Part shown: positions 12,978 through 24,929 of the stretch, in pieces
Layout: every line of letters begins with the position of its first letter
Numbering within the stretch: position 1 is the stretch's first letter
From: Mobula birostris
Taxonomy: Eukaryota
DNA: 64,000 nucleotides
Assembly: GCF_030028105.1 (NCBI RefSeq)
Contig: NC_092373.1
Span: 93,884,062 to 93,948,061 of the forward strand
Reading direction: 5' to 3'
Program-made: the position numbers and the translations under genes
The notes under the pieces: generated by a model
Database searches by the model: none
The model's input: the letters and a program-made list of their open reading frames with translations, nothing else
Told to the model about the DNA's origin: nothing

Positions 12978-13987
12978 CAGTCAGTCAGTGGGTGCCGTCC
13001 CAAATCCGGGGTTGGCGGCTGTGCACTTCCATCTTCTTCGATCTTGCGCTCTTTTTCTGGCCTCAGCATAACTCAACCCAGTCCATTGCCTCACATTATC
13101 GTACCAAGTGGTTCGCTGCCTTCCTCTTTCCCTCTTTCCTTCTGTCATCCCTTCCAATAACAATTTCTGCAGTCCACCACCTCTTAACAAGTGCCCGGCA
13201 TATTCCAGCTTCCTTTTCTGCACATTCTTCAGCAACTCCTTTTCTCTCCTCGCTCTCTTCTACACTTCCATATTACTGACCTTCATCACCCATCTAATTT
13301 TCTGCATTCTCCTTAAACACCACATTTCAAATGCCTCTAGTCGTTGTTGCGCTTCCTTGCATAAGGTCCATGATTCAACTCCATACAAAAGACTGCTCCA
13401 GACGTAGCATTTCCAAATTCTACAATGCAGCCCAAAGTCCAACTTCTTGCCACACAGCACGTCACTCAGGCTCCAGAACATTGATTTTGCAATCTCAATT
13501 CTTCATCTAATGTCTGTATCACATTTCCCGTCCTCTGTGACCATCTGTCTCAAGTATACAAACTTCTTGACTTGCTCTATGCCTACGTTGTTAATTTTGA
13601 TACTGATTTTGGGGACTTCTTTCTTCTGTGATACTACCATCATCTTCGTCTTTGCAGCATTTATTTTCATTCCAAATCGTTCTCCTTCAGCATTTATCTT
13701 GTCTACTATTCTGAGTAACTTGTCCTCAGTCTCGGCTAACAACACTGAATCATCTGCATACCTCAAGCTGTTCACTGTCACTCCACCAATTTGGACACAA
13801 GCTTCATCGTTCAACACTCTGAAGATTACCTCTGGATAAATGTTAAATAATAAAAGGGAGATAATGCAGCCCTGGCGAACTCCTTTTTGGATCTCAACTT
13901 CTGGTGAATTCCCACCACTAGTTCTTATGGCCTTCTGATGCCAGTACAGACTCGCAATCAGTCGAACATCTATCCCATCCAGCCCCA
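12978..13987 (-). mobile_element. 5'-truncated RTE-clade LINE
   Basis: KGVRQGCIIS...LRYADD, LLYGVESWTL...LEAFEMWCLRRM, LLEGMTEGKRERGRQRTTW; (CTGA)n tail; TSD agttaat (12971-12977 / 13988-13994). Confidence 0.92.
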
Positions 13988-14110
13988 AGTTAATATCATT
14001 ACTATTTTTACTTCAATAATTTTTATGTATATCTTTATTCATCCATGTAATTATTCAATTGTTTTTATTGCTTCTTCTGACCTTGGGCATGAACATTTCC
14101 TGCACTGTGT

Positions 14111-14779
14111 GGAGAAGATGGCGGCGCGACGCAGCTTGCAGCGGCCACTCTGGTGAATGATATCTGTTATCTGTCAAGTAGGGCACCGTGCACAATCCTG
14201 ATTTGATGGAGACAGACGTGAGAGTACTGAGGAACATCTGTGAAACTTCTGAAATGCCCGCTTCACTGCTGCTGCTACTGTGTGATCCAGGATCTCCGGA
14301 GGGAAAGGCCCAGAGTCCTCAGCTTTGCTTGTTGCTCGTTGGCTGGGGCGGGGTCGAAGCGCTCGGCAGAGATGGTGCCCGGTGCTTGGTGTTGGAGGGC
14401 TGGTCGGAGGCTCGAAGTTTTTGGACGGACTCAGAGTCGGCTGCGGTCAGGTGCTTCCAATGCATCAGCAAGATTGCGGCACTTGGAGTTCATGGTAGGG
14501 AGAGTTTCTCCCTTCTACCGTCTGCGTGAGATGATGGGGCTATCAGGACTTGAGACTTTTTTTTACTGTGTCCATGGTCTGCTCTTTATCAAATTTCGGT
14601 ATTGCTTTGCACTGTTGTAACTATATGTTATAATTATGTGGTTTTGTCAGTTTTAGTCTTGGTTTGTCCTGTGTTTCTGTGATATCCTTCTGGAGGAACA
14701 TTGTATCATTTTTTAATGCATGCATTTCTAAATGACAATAAACGAGGACTGAGTGTCCTCATAATCTAATCTAATCTAA
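14111..14779 (+). mobile_element. Non-autonomous retroelement with AAGATGGCGGCG 5' end and (TCTAA)n tail
   Basis: CpG-rich 5' part, AATAAA then a ctaat repeat tail. An inverted 3' fragment of the same family lies at 15171-15293. Confidence 0.7.
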
Positions 14780-14819
14780 CCTGTAAATCAACCCTATTGT
14801 TCCTCATCTGACTCAACGT

Positions 14820-16363
14820 TTAAAAAAGGTAATAGGGAGAATCCTGGGAACTATAGACCAGTGAGTCTTACGTCAGTGGTCTGCAAACTATTGGAAAGGA
14901 TTCTTAAGAATAGGATCTATGAGCACTTGGAGAAGTACAATCTACTCAAGGATAGTCAACATGGCTTTGTGAAGGGAAGGTCATACCTCACGAGCCTAAT
15001 TGAGTTTTTTGAAGAGGTAACAAAAGAAATTGATGGGGGTAGGGCAGTAGATGTGGTCTACATGGATTTTAGCAAGGCATTTGACAAGGTCCCCCACGAG
15101 AGACTCATCCAGAAAGTCATGAGGCATGGGATCAATGGAACCTTGGCTGTTTGTATAAAAAATTGGCTTAGATTATGAAGACATGTAGTCCCCTTTTATT
15201 GTCATTTAGTAATGCATGCATTGAGAAATGATACATTATTTCCTCCGGTGTACTATCACAAAACACAGGACAAACCAAGACTGAAAAAACTGACTTAAAG
15301 GAAGAAAGCAGAGGCTAGAAGTGGAAGGAAAGTATTCTGCCTGGAGGTCGGTGACTAGTGGAGTGTCGCAATATCTGTCCTGGGACCCCTGCTCTTTGTG
15401 ATTTTTATAAATAACCTGGATGAAGAAGTGGAAAGATGGGTGAGTAAGTTTGCAGATGACACGGAGATTGGAGGAGTTGTGGATGGAGCTGTAGGTTGTC
15501 GAAGGTTACAAGAGGATATAGACAGGATGCAGAGTTGGGCAGAAAAGTGGCAGATGGAGTTCAACCCAGATAAGTGTCAGGTGATGCATTTTGGAAAGAC
15601 AAACCAGAAGGCTGAGTACAGGGTTAATGGTCGGTTACTTAAGAATGTGGATGAACAGAGGGGCCTTGGGGTTCAAATCCATACATCCCTCAAGGTCGTT
15701 GCACAGGTTGATAGGATAGTTAAGAAGGCCTATGGGATGCTAGGCTTCATTAATAGGGGGATTGAGTTCAAGAGTAGAGAGGTCATGTTGCAACTCTACT
15801 AATCTCCAGTGAGAGCACACTTAGAGTATTGTGTTCAGTTCTGGTCAGCTCATTATAGGAAAGATGTGAAAGCTATGGAAAGGGTGCGGAGGAGATTTAC
15901 CAGGATGTTGCCTGGATTGGAAAACAAGTCTTATGAGGCAAGGTTAGCAGAGCTGGGGCTTTTCTCTTTGGAGCATAGAAGGATGAGAGGGGACTTGATA
16001 GAGGTCTACAATATTATGAGAGGCATAGATAGGGTGGCTAGCCAGTATCTGTTTCCCAGGGCATGAATAGCAAACACCAGAGGGCATATGTACAAAGTTA
16101 AGGGAGGGAAGTTTAGGGGAGACATCAGGGGTAAGTTTTTTACACAGAGGGTTGTAGGTGCCTGGAATGAGTTGCCAGGGATGGTGGTGGAGGCTAAAAC
16201 TTTAGGGGTATTTAAGAGCCTCTTGGACAGGCACGTGGATAAAAGAAAAACAGAGGGTTACGGGGTAGTGTGGGTTTAGTACTTTTTTTTTAAAAGAATA
16301 TATGCATCGGCACAACATCGAGGGCTGAAAGGCCTGTACTGTGCTGTAGTATTCTAGTGTCTA
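14820..16363 (+). mobile_element. 5'-truncated young CR1 LINE
   Basis: PGNYRPVSLTSVVCKLLE, YMDFSKAFDKVPH, KFADDT, LEYCVQFW, RGDLIEVY; CR1 3' UTR and ctagt tail. Confidence 0.93.
15171..15293 (-). mobile_element. 3' fragment of the 14111-14779 family inserted in CR1
   Basis: Approximate reverse complement of about 14645-14770; short TSD ctta. Confidence 0.75.
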
Positions 16364-16621
16364 GTAACATCAAGCAGTTCCTTACAGTTTACCTTCTTAA
16401 GTCTTTGCTGCATCTGCACAAACTTTGCCATTCTGAAATTCAATTTAATGGCTTTGGTCTTTGCTGATGTACTCCCCCCAAAAATTTTGAGACTAACAAT
16501 GTTATGATCACTTGTTCCTAAAGGCTCAATAACTTCCATACTCAAAATCCTGTCCTGTTTGTTACAGAATATCAATGTAGACAGGCCTCTCCTCATGTTG
16601 GTACACTAACATAGAAAGAAA

Positions 16622-16802
16622 GGTATGTCGCATCCAGTATTTTCCAGTTAGCGGGCGATTTCCTTCCACGCCACTCTGACGTACTGGGAAATCATGTACG
16701 AGGCAAGTTACAGCACTGGTTTGCCCTTGCCTTCTGCCGGGTGAGGTTTTTTTTAAGAGATCACCAGCTCTTAACCCAGCATGGATGGAGAGCATGCAAG
16801 GG
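16622..16802 (-). mobile_element. RTE-associated SINE fragment
   Basis: Minus-strand ccttgcatgctctccatccatgctgggtt resembles the body of the SINE at 36370-36591; it interrupts the endonuclease region of the old CR1. Confidence 0.55.
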
Positions 16803-17529
16803 TAACATACTAGGTCAAAAAATAATCATTCGACAACTCAGTAAATTTACTCTCAGGTAGTCCATTTGTTAGTGGGTTCTCCCACTCAATATTTGGGAAA
16901 TTAAAAGTCACCCATGACTGACATCACACTCAGAACTTGCTTTTTTGGTTGAAGACACGAAAGTTTGAAAATACATACTGCTAGGCTCAAGAACAATTTC
17001 CATCTTGACTATCAGATAAGCAAACCTCTTGTATGTTAAATATGAACTCTTGACCTCACAATTTACCTTATCATGGCCATTGCATCTTATTATCTTCCTG
17101 AACTGCACTTTCTCTGTAATTGCAACACTATACTTTTACATTCTGTTATTGCTATTCCCCTGTTCTATATGAATGTACTTATGTTTTGAAATAATCTGTA
17201 CGGTTAATATGCAAAACTACAACATCTCAGTAAGCAACAATATTCCATTTACAACATCCCAGTTTTCGTGAGGGCACAGCTCTGATTCCCAATTCCCAGT
17301 TACACCTGTAAATGCTGTGTTTCTTCAGGATTTTGAATCATGACTGCTTCCAATCATTGAGATTGAAAACGTGTTCACAACCACAACCTGAGGGAGGAGA
17401 AGCTGTAAAGAAAAAAAATAGTGTTCACAATGGAGAACAAAGATCTTAACTGAGGCCACATGTAAACAAGAGAGGTGATGAATTTAGAAAAAGAAGAAAA
17501 AGGAAAAGTATGTAAAGCTTCAGAAATTA

Positions 17530-20388
17530 GGATCAAACAGAGCACATGAGGCGTTTTATGAAGCCAGAAGAGATCCAAATAGGGTATTAGGGAAGTCAGG
17601 AGAGGCCATGAAAAGTCCTTGGCAAGTAGGATTAAGGTGAGTCCCAAGGCATTCTATACATAAATCAAGAGTAAGAGGATAACTAGGGAGAGGGTGGAAC
17701 CACTCAAGGATAAAGGGGGAGATCAATTGCTTGGATGCAGAGAATATGAGTGAGGTACTTAATGAGTACTTTGCTTCAGTATTTACCAAGGAGAAGGATA
17801 TGGAGGACCAGGAGATCAGTGCTGAGTGTATAAATATGTTAGGGCACTTAGAAGTCAAGGAGGTATTGTTGGGCTGCCTAATGAGTATAGAACATAGAGA
17901 ACATAGAATAGTACAGCACAGTAAAGGCTCATGTTGTGCCGACCCTCAAACCCTGCCTCCCATATAAGCTGCTGCCTTAAATTCCTCCATATACCTGTCC
18001 AGTAGTCTCTTAAACTTCACTAGTGTATCTGCCTCCACCACTGACTCATGCAGTGCATTCCACGCACCAACCACTCGCTGAGTAAAAAATCTTCCTCTCA
18101 TATCCTCCTTGAACTTCCCACCCCCTACCTTAAAGCCATGTCCTCTGGTATTGAGCAGTGGTGCCCGGGGGAAGAGGCGCTGGCTATCCACTCTATCTAT
18201 TCCTCTTATTATCTTGTACATCTCTATCATGTCTCCTCTCATCCTCCTTCTCTCCAAAGAGTAATGCCCTAGCTCCCTTAATCTGATCATAATGCATATT
18301 CTCTAAACCAGGCAGCATCCTGGTAAATCTCCTCTGTACCCTTTCCAATGCTTCCACATCCTTCCTATAGTGAGGTGACCGGAACTGGACACAGTAACCA
18401 AGTGTGGCCTAACCAGAGTTTTATGGAGCTGCATCATTACATCGCGACTCTTAAACTCTATCTCTCGACTTATGAGAGCTAACACCCCATAAGCTTTCTT
18501 AACTACCCTATCCACCTGTGAGGCAACCTTCAGGGATATGTGGGCATGTACCCCCAGATCCCTCTACTCCTCCACACTACCAAGTATCCTGCCATTTACT
18601 TTGTAATCTGCCTTGGAGTTTGTCCTTCCAAAGTGTACCACCTCACACTTCTCCGGGTTGAACTCCATCTGCCACTTCTCAGCCCACTTCTGCATCCTAT
18701 CGATGTCTCTCTGCAATTTTTGACAATCCTCTACACTATCTACAACACCACCAACCTTTGTGTTGTCTGTAAACTTGCCAACCCACTCTTCTACCTCCAC
18801 ATCCAGATCGTTAATTAAGGTGGATAAGTCTCCAGGGCCTGATAGGATTTACCCCAGGTTATTGAAGCAGGCAAGAGATGAGATTGCTGGGGTCTTGATT
18901 AGTATCTTTGTACCCTCTCTGGCACAGGCAAGATCCTGGAGGACTGGTGAGTGGCTAATATTGTACCTCTATATAAGAAGGGAACAAGGGAGAACCCTGG
19001 GAACTAAAGTCTGGTCAGTTTCACGTCAGTTGTAGGGAAATTGCTGGAGAAAATTCTCAGGGATAGGATATATGAGCATTTGGAAACCGATGGCCGAATT
19101 AGGGAGAGACAGCATGGCTTTGTGTATAGCAGATCATGCCTTACCAATTAGATTTTTTTTTTGACAAAGTGAAGAGAGAGATTGATGAAGAAAGGGTAGT
19201 GGATGTTGTCTACATGGATTTTAGTAAGGTGTCTGACAAGATCCCTCATGGGAGGCTCATCCAGAAGATTAAGATGAATGGGGTCCACAGCGAATTGGCT
19301 GTTTGAATTCAGAACTAGCTTGTGCATAGAAGACAGAGGGTAGTGGTTGAAGGGACTTATTCAGCTAGAGGTCTGTAATTGATGGTGTTCTGCAGGGATC
19401 AATGCTGGGACCTCTGCTGTTTGTGATGTATATAAATGACCAGGATGAAAATGTAGATGGGGGGGTTAGTAAGTTTGCAGATGATACCAAGATGGTGGAG
19501 CTATGGATAGTGTAGATGATTGGTGAAGAATGTGGTGTGATATAGGACTGTTGCAGATATGGGCAGAGAAATGGCAGATGGGGTTTAACCCAGATAAATG
19601 GAAGGTGTTGCCCTTTGTAGGGTAAATGCAAGGAGACAGTACACTGTTAAAGGCAAGATCCCTTTAGAGCAGAGCAGGGAGGTCTTGGGTCATAGGTCCT
19701 TGAAGGTCTCTACAGAGATCGATAAGGTGGTTAAGAAGGCTTATGGAATGCTTGCTTTTATTAGTCGAGGCATTTTCAAAAGTCAAGAGTTTATGTTGCA
19801 ATTTAATAAAACTCTGGATTGGTCATGTCTGGAGTATTGCATACAGTTCTGGTCACCCCACCATAGGATGGATGTTGAGGCTTTGGAGAGGGTGCAGAAG
19901 AGGTTTACCAGGATGCTGCCTGGTTTAGAGGGCATGAGCTATCATGAGAGGCCGGATAAACTTGGGTTGTTTTCTCTGGAGAGGCAGAGGCTGAGGGGAG
20001 ATCTGATAGAGATTTATGAGATTATGAGAGCCATAGATAGAATAGACTGGGAGTATTTGTTTCCGAGGGTTGACATGTTTAATACCAGAGAGCATACGTT
20101 GAAGGTGAGAGGAGTCAGGTTCAAAGGGGATGGGAGGGGCAAGTGTTTTTTACTCAGAAAGTGGTGGATGCTGGAATGTGCTGCTTGGTATGGTGGTAGA
20201 GGAAAATAAATCAAAGGCTATTAAGGGATGTTTAGACAGGCACATGAATGCGAGTAAGATAGAGGGATTTGAAAATTGTGTAGGTAGGAGGGATTAGTGT
20301 TTTTGATTTGCTTTTTAGTTGGTTCGGCACAACATTGTAGGCCAAAGGGCCTGTTCCTGTGCTGTACTGTTGTATGTTCCATGTTCTA
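17530..20388 (+). mobile_element. CR1 LINE interrupted by an antiparallel CR1
   Basis: EVLNEYFASVFTKE, DKSPGPDRIYPRLLK, LEYCIQFWSP, LRGDLIEIY; CR1 tail. Confidence 0.9.
17887..18813 (-). mobile_element. Young 5'-truncated CR1 nested antiparallel in CR1
   Basis: KWQMEFNPEKCEVVHFG and RRMRGDMIEMYKI; (ttctatg)-type tail at 17887-17910. Confidence 0.9.
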
Positions 20389-20524
20389 GGTGAAATTATC
20401 AGAGGAGTGGAGGTTTAAATCAAAGTCTGGTTCATCGCCAGATCACACCATCACAAAGACAATCTGGGCAGGGAAGTGTTCAAAGGTGTGTCTGATAACA
20501 CTCCTTGTGGGTTCATGTTTTTCT

Positions 20525-21752
20525 TCTGATTGAATGCTTTGAGGATGTAACAAAACACGTTGATGAAGAAAAAGCAGTGGATATAACATATATAGATTTC
20601 AGTAAGGCATTTGATAAGGTTCCCTATGTGAGGCTTATTCAGAATGTAATGAGGAATGGGATCTAAGGAGACCTTGCTTTGTGGATCCAGAATGGCTTGC
20701 CCACAGAGGGAAAGGGGGGGGTTGTAGATGGTTTGTATTCTGCATGGATATCAGTGACCAGTGGTGTTCCACAAGGATCAGTTCTGGGGCCCCTCATATT
20801 TGTGATTTTTATAAATGATCTGGATGAGGAAGTAGAAGGGTAAGTTAGTAAGTTTACTAATGACACAAAAGTTGGGGGTGTTGTGGATAGTCTGGAGGGT
20901 TGTCAGAGGTTACAGCGCAACATCGATAAGATGCAGCACTGGGCTGAGAAGTGGCAGATGGAGTTCAACCCAGATAAGTGTGAAGTGGTTCATTTCAGTA
21001 GGTCAAATTTGAAGACAGAATATAATATTGACAGTAAGACTCTTGGCAGTGTGGAGGATCAGAGAGATCTTGGGGTCCGTGTCCATAGAACACTCAAAGC
21101 TGCTGCGTAGGTTGACAGTGTTGTTAAGAAGCCACATGACGTGTTGGCCTTCATCAGCCATGGGATTGAATTCAAGAGCTGTGAGGTAATGTTACAGTTA
21201 TAAAGACCTTAGTTAGACCCTACTTGAAGTACTGTGTTCAGTTCTGGTCACCTCACTACAGGAAGGATGTGGATACTACAGAGAGATTGCAGAAGAGATT
21301 TACAAGGATGTTGCCTGAATTGTAGAGCATGCCTTATGAGAATAGGTTGAGTGAACTCGGCCTTTTCTCCTTGGAGTGACGGAGGATGAGAGGTGACCTG
21401 ATAGAGGTGTATAAGATGATGAGAGGCATTGATCACGTGGATAGCCAGAGGCTTTTTCCCAGTATTGAAATTGCTAACATGAAGCAGCAGAGTTTTAAGG
21501 TGCTTGGAAGTAAGTAAAAGGGGGATGTCAGAGGTAAGATTTTCACACAGAGAGCAGTGGGTGTATGGAATACACTGCCGGCGACGGTGGTGGAGGCGGA
21601 TACAATAGAGTCTTTTAAGAGACTCTTAAATAGGTATATGGAGCTTAGGAAAATAGAGGGCTATGCAGTAGGGAAATTCTAGGCAGTTTCTTGAGTAGGT
21701 TACATGGTCAGCACAACATTGTGGGCTGAAGGGCCTGTAACGTGCTGTAGAG
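20525..21752 (+). mobile_element. 5'-truncated CR1 LINE
   Basis: [31 protein letters not shown]; same subfamily as 59400-60687. Confidence 0.9.
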
Positions 21753-22436
21753 TGAATTTAAAACTGACTGAGAACTCACTAGCTACTTCCTCTGATATTT
21801 TCCACAGCCCATCAGTGTTGTCTCACTGACTTCAGTGCTATTTGTTTTTAGTGGAGTTTTCACTGTTCAGACTAAGATTCCGAGAAGGTCTTGAGAAATG
21901 TCAGGGCGCTTTGAGATTATCCTAGAAGGGTGGAATGTATTACTGTTGGTATAGCACAGCCAAAGTAGAAGAAATTCAATCTGAAGAGGTAGCTGGTAGA
22001 GGAACTCCCTCTCCCATAAACCACTTGCTTGCCTTGACCTGCTGTGAAAAAGTATTCCTGCTTCAGCGCAATATGAAGTTTGTTGGGAAATAAGTCAGCA
22101 ACAGTCAGATACTGCAATCATCACTAAAGTAGCTCAGCCATTCAGATCTTTGGCACTCAGTGAAAGGTAATGGCCAGATAATGAATGAAAAGTTCCTCAG
22201 TTCAGCAACAGAAAGAGTAATGTCCTCTCAATGATGACTATCTGACGGGGGATCTCATTGAAACTTACCAAATACTGAAAGGCCTGAATAGAATGAACAT
22301 GGAGAGAATCTTTCCACTAGTAGGATAGTCTAGGATCCGAGGGTACAGTCACAGAATAAAGGGATTTCTTCAGTTGGGGGTAATGAAATCTTGCAGTTTA
22401 TTGCTACTGTGGGCAGTGGGGGTCAAGTCATCGGGC

Positions 22437-23170
22437 ATTGAAGAATGCTGTAGAACAGAGGGATCTAGGAATAATAGTGCATAGTTCCCTGAAGGTGGAA
22501 TCCCATGTGGATAGGGTGGTGAAGAAAGCTTTTGGTATGCTGGCCTTTATTAATCAGAGGATTGAGTATAGAAGTTGGGATGTAATGTTGAAATTGTATA
22601 AGGCATTGGTAATGCCAAATTTGGAGTATTTTGTACAGTTCCGGTCACTGAACTGTAGGAAAGATGTCAATAAAATTGAGAGAGTACAGAGGAGGTTTAC
22701 TAAAATGTTGCCAGGGTTTCATCTCCTAAGTTACAGAGAAAGGTTGAACAAGTTAGGTCTTTATTTTTTGGACCGTAGAAGATTGAGGGGGGGACTTGAT
22801 AGAGGTGTTTAAAATTATGAGGGGGATTGATAGAGTTGACGTGGATAGGCTTTTTCCATTGAGAGTCGGAGAGATTCAAACAAGAGGACATGAGTTGAGA
22901 GTTAAAGGGCAAAAGTTTAGGGGTAACAGGAGGGGGAACTTCTTTACTCAGAGAGTGGTAGCTGTGTGGAATGGGCTTTCAGTAGAGGTGGTTGAGGCAG
23001 GTTCGATTTTGTTGTTTAAAGTTAAATTGGACAGCTATATGGACAGGAAATGAATGGAGGGTTATGGGCTGAGTGCAGGTCAGTGGGACTAGGTGAGAGT
23101 AAGTGTTCGCTGCGGACTAAAAGGGTTGAGATGGCCTGTTTCCGTGCTGTAATTGTTATATGGTTATATT
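22437..23170 (+). mobile_element. CR1 3' fragment nested in an older CR1 3' remnant (about 22240-23290)
   Basis: EQRDLGIIVH...LEYFVQF...IEVFKIMRGIDRV; gttatat tail. Confidence 0.85.
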
Positions 23171-23387
23171 TAATTAAGAAATTGATAGGTTACTGAAAAA
23201 GGCAGGAGAATAGGATTAAAAGAACAGCCATGAGAATGGCAGAGCAAACTCCATGGACAACATGGCTTGATTTTGCTTCTATACAATGAGTAACCATTTT
23301 TTAGATACCTTCTGTTCCTAATATAAGTCGTTGTAACACATCAACTTGAAAGTTCAACATGTTGTGCATTCAGAGACAAGAAAAAAG

Positions 23388-23692
23388 GCATCCATTAGTC
23401 TTGCGAGACCATGGATCTGCGCCTGGAAAGTCTTCACTCTCCAGGGCACAGGCCTGGGCAAGGTTATATGGAAGACCAGCAGTTGCCCATCCTATAAGCC
23501 TCCCCTCTCCACGACACCAATGTTGTCCAAGGGAAGGGCATTAGGACCCATACAGCTTGGCACCAATGTCGTCGCAGAGCAATGTGTGATTAAGTGCCTT
23601 GCTCAAGGACACAACACGTTGCCTCAGCTGGGGCTCGAACTCACGACCTTCAGGTCGCTAGTCCAATGCCTTAACCACTTGGCCACGTGCCC
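23388..23692 (-). mobile_element. tRNA-derived CORE-type SINE
   Basis: Minus strand: A box TGGCCAAGTGG, B box GAGTTCGAGCC, CORE-like tgtgtccttgagcaaggcacttaa, LINE-derived 3' part. Confidence 0.8.
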
Positions 23693-23804
23693 ACATACAA
23701 GAGACATAACTCAAATAACATATGGTTATTTGAGTTATTGTCATTTTCCTGTCAATAACTCGAATAATCATTGAGAATGGCCAGCAAGGTCACTAGATGC
23801 TTGT

Positions 23805-24087
23805 TTTTTGCACCATTGTCTGTAAATTCAAGAGACTGTTGTGCGTGAAAATCTCAGCAAGTTAGCTGTTGCTGTGATACTCAAACCTCCTTGTCTGGCA
23901 CCAACAATCATGCCAGTCGAAGTCACTTAGATCACATTTCTTCCCCATTCTGATGTTTGGTCTGAACAACAAACCAAACCACTTGACCATGCCTGCAAGC
24001 TTTTATGCATTGAGTTGCTGCCACACGATTGGCTGATTATCTATTTGCATAATAAGCAGGTGTACCTAATATAGTGGCCACTGAGAG
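23805..24087 (-). mobile_element. Second Tc1 derivative (same family as 10136-10603)
   Basis: TIR ctcagtggccactatattaggtaca on the minus strand and an MGKKCDLSDFD-like N-terminus. Confidence 0.8.
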
Positions 24088-24929
24088 TTCCTTATGGGCT
24101 TATAAACATAAGCATTGATCTCCATGAGTGATAATGATGGTAACAGCTGCATATATCATCTCAGAATAGTGGGATTAAAAGAAGTCATTATAAGCCTCGT
24201 TTAAAGCATGGTCAGAATCATAGTAAGAATCTATGGGAAAAAAAAGTGTAATTAAAGAAATATTGTTTTGTTAAGGAGTTTGTGTACTGGGCAGTCACAG
24301 CTCTTGGCAAAGCCTCCCATTTGTGGGGAGAAAGAAAAGTGTATAGTCAGAATTGAATGATCGCAAAGATATTGGAGGATTGCAAAACATTACATTTCAA
24401 AGAGAGTCCAGAATTATAGCAAATTTACAGCAGGCAAGGAGACTATTTGGGCCAGAGTCTGCACAGATACTTTGGAAATATAATTTAATCACTTCTGTTT
24501 CCCAGGTCTTTTGTAAAATCCTGCAGAAGTAATTATTGAACATTTTTTATTGAATTATTACACTTTCAGGCAGTGATCTCTGGATGATCATAGCTCACAG
24601 GGTGATAAGATTTCTCCTCTTATCAACATCAACTTTTATCATCCAGTTTACATGTGCTGGTCCATGCAGATTCTCTTCTTTCACTTTCCCAAGGCCCTTC
24701 ACAATTAAGAATATATCTTTCAAATCACCTGTCAACCTCCTTTTTTGAATAGCAGTGTCTTACGTAGTTTACCAATCTTTCTGAAGTATTAGTCTTGTAT
24801 TTCCTTTTAATCAATATTTTAGTCTTGCTTTGTGGGTTTCTAAATGCTCCCCAATCCTTCACCTACTATTCATTACAATTTTACAGGCATTTTCTTCCAG
24901 TCCAATACCACTGATAATGTGTTTCATTG

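Larger units (their letters stand above)
11075..16950 (-). mobile_element. Divergent AT-rich CR1 LINE (endonuclease + RT), fragmented by nested insertions
   Basis: RT pieces GPDNIY...PGNYRLVSL...YLDFQKVFD (12204-12620) and LRGDMIEVFK (11272-11643). Endonuclease pieces EPLGTSDH (16354-16596) and MGDF.NFPNIEW (about 16880-16915). Collinear across the insertions. Confidence 0.85.

Noticed and set aside
23620-23692. tRNA gene
   Set aside because: A and B boxes are present, but the sequence continues into a CORE-like domain and LINE-derived tail, so it is a SINE head.
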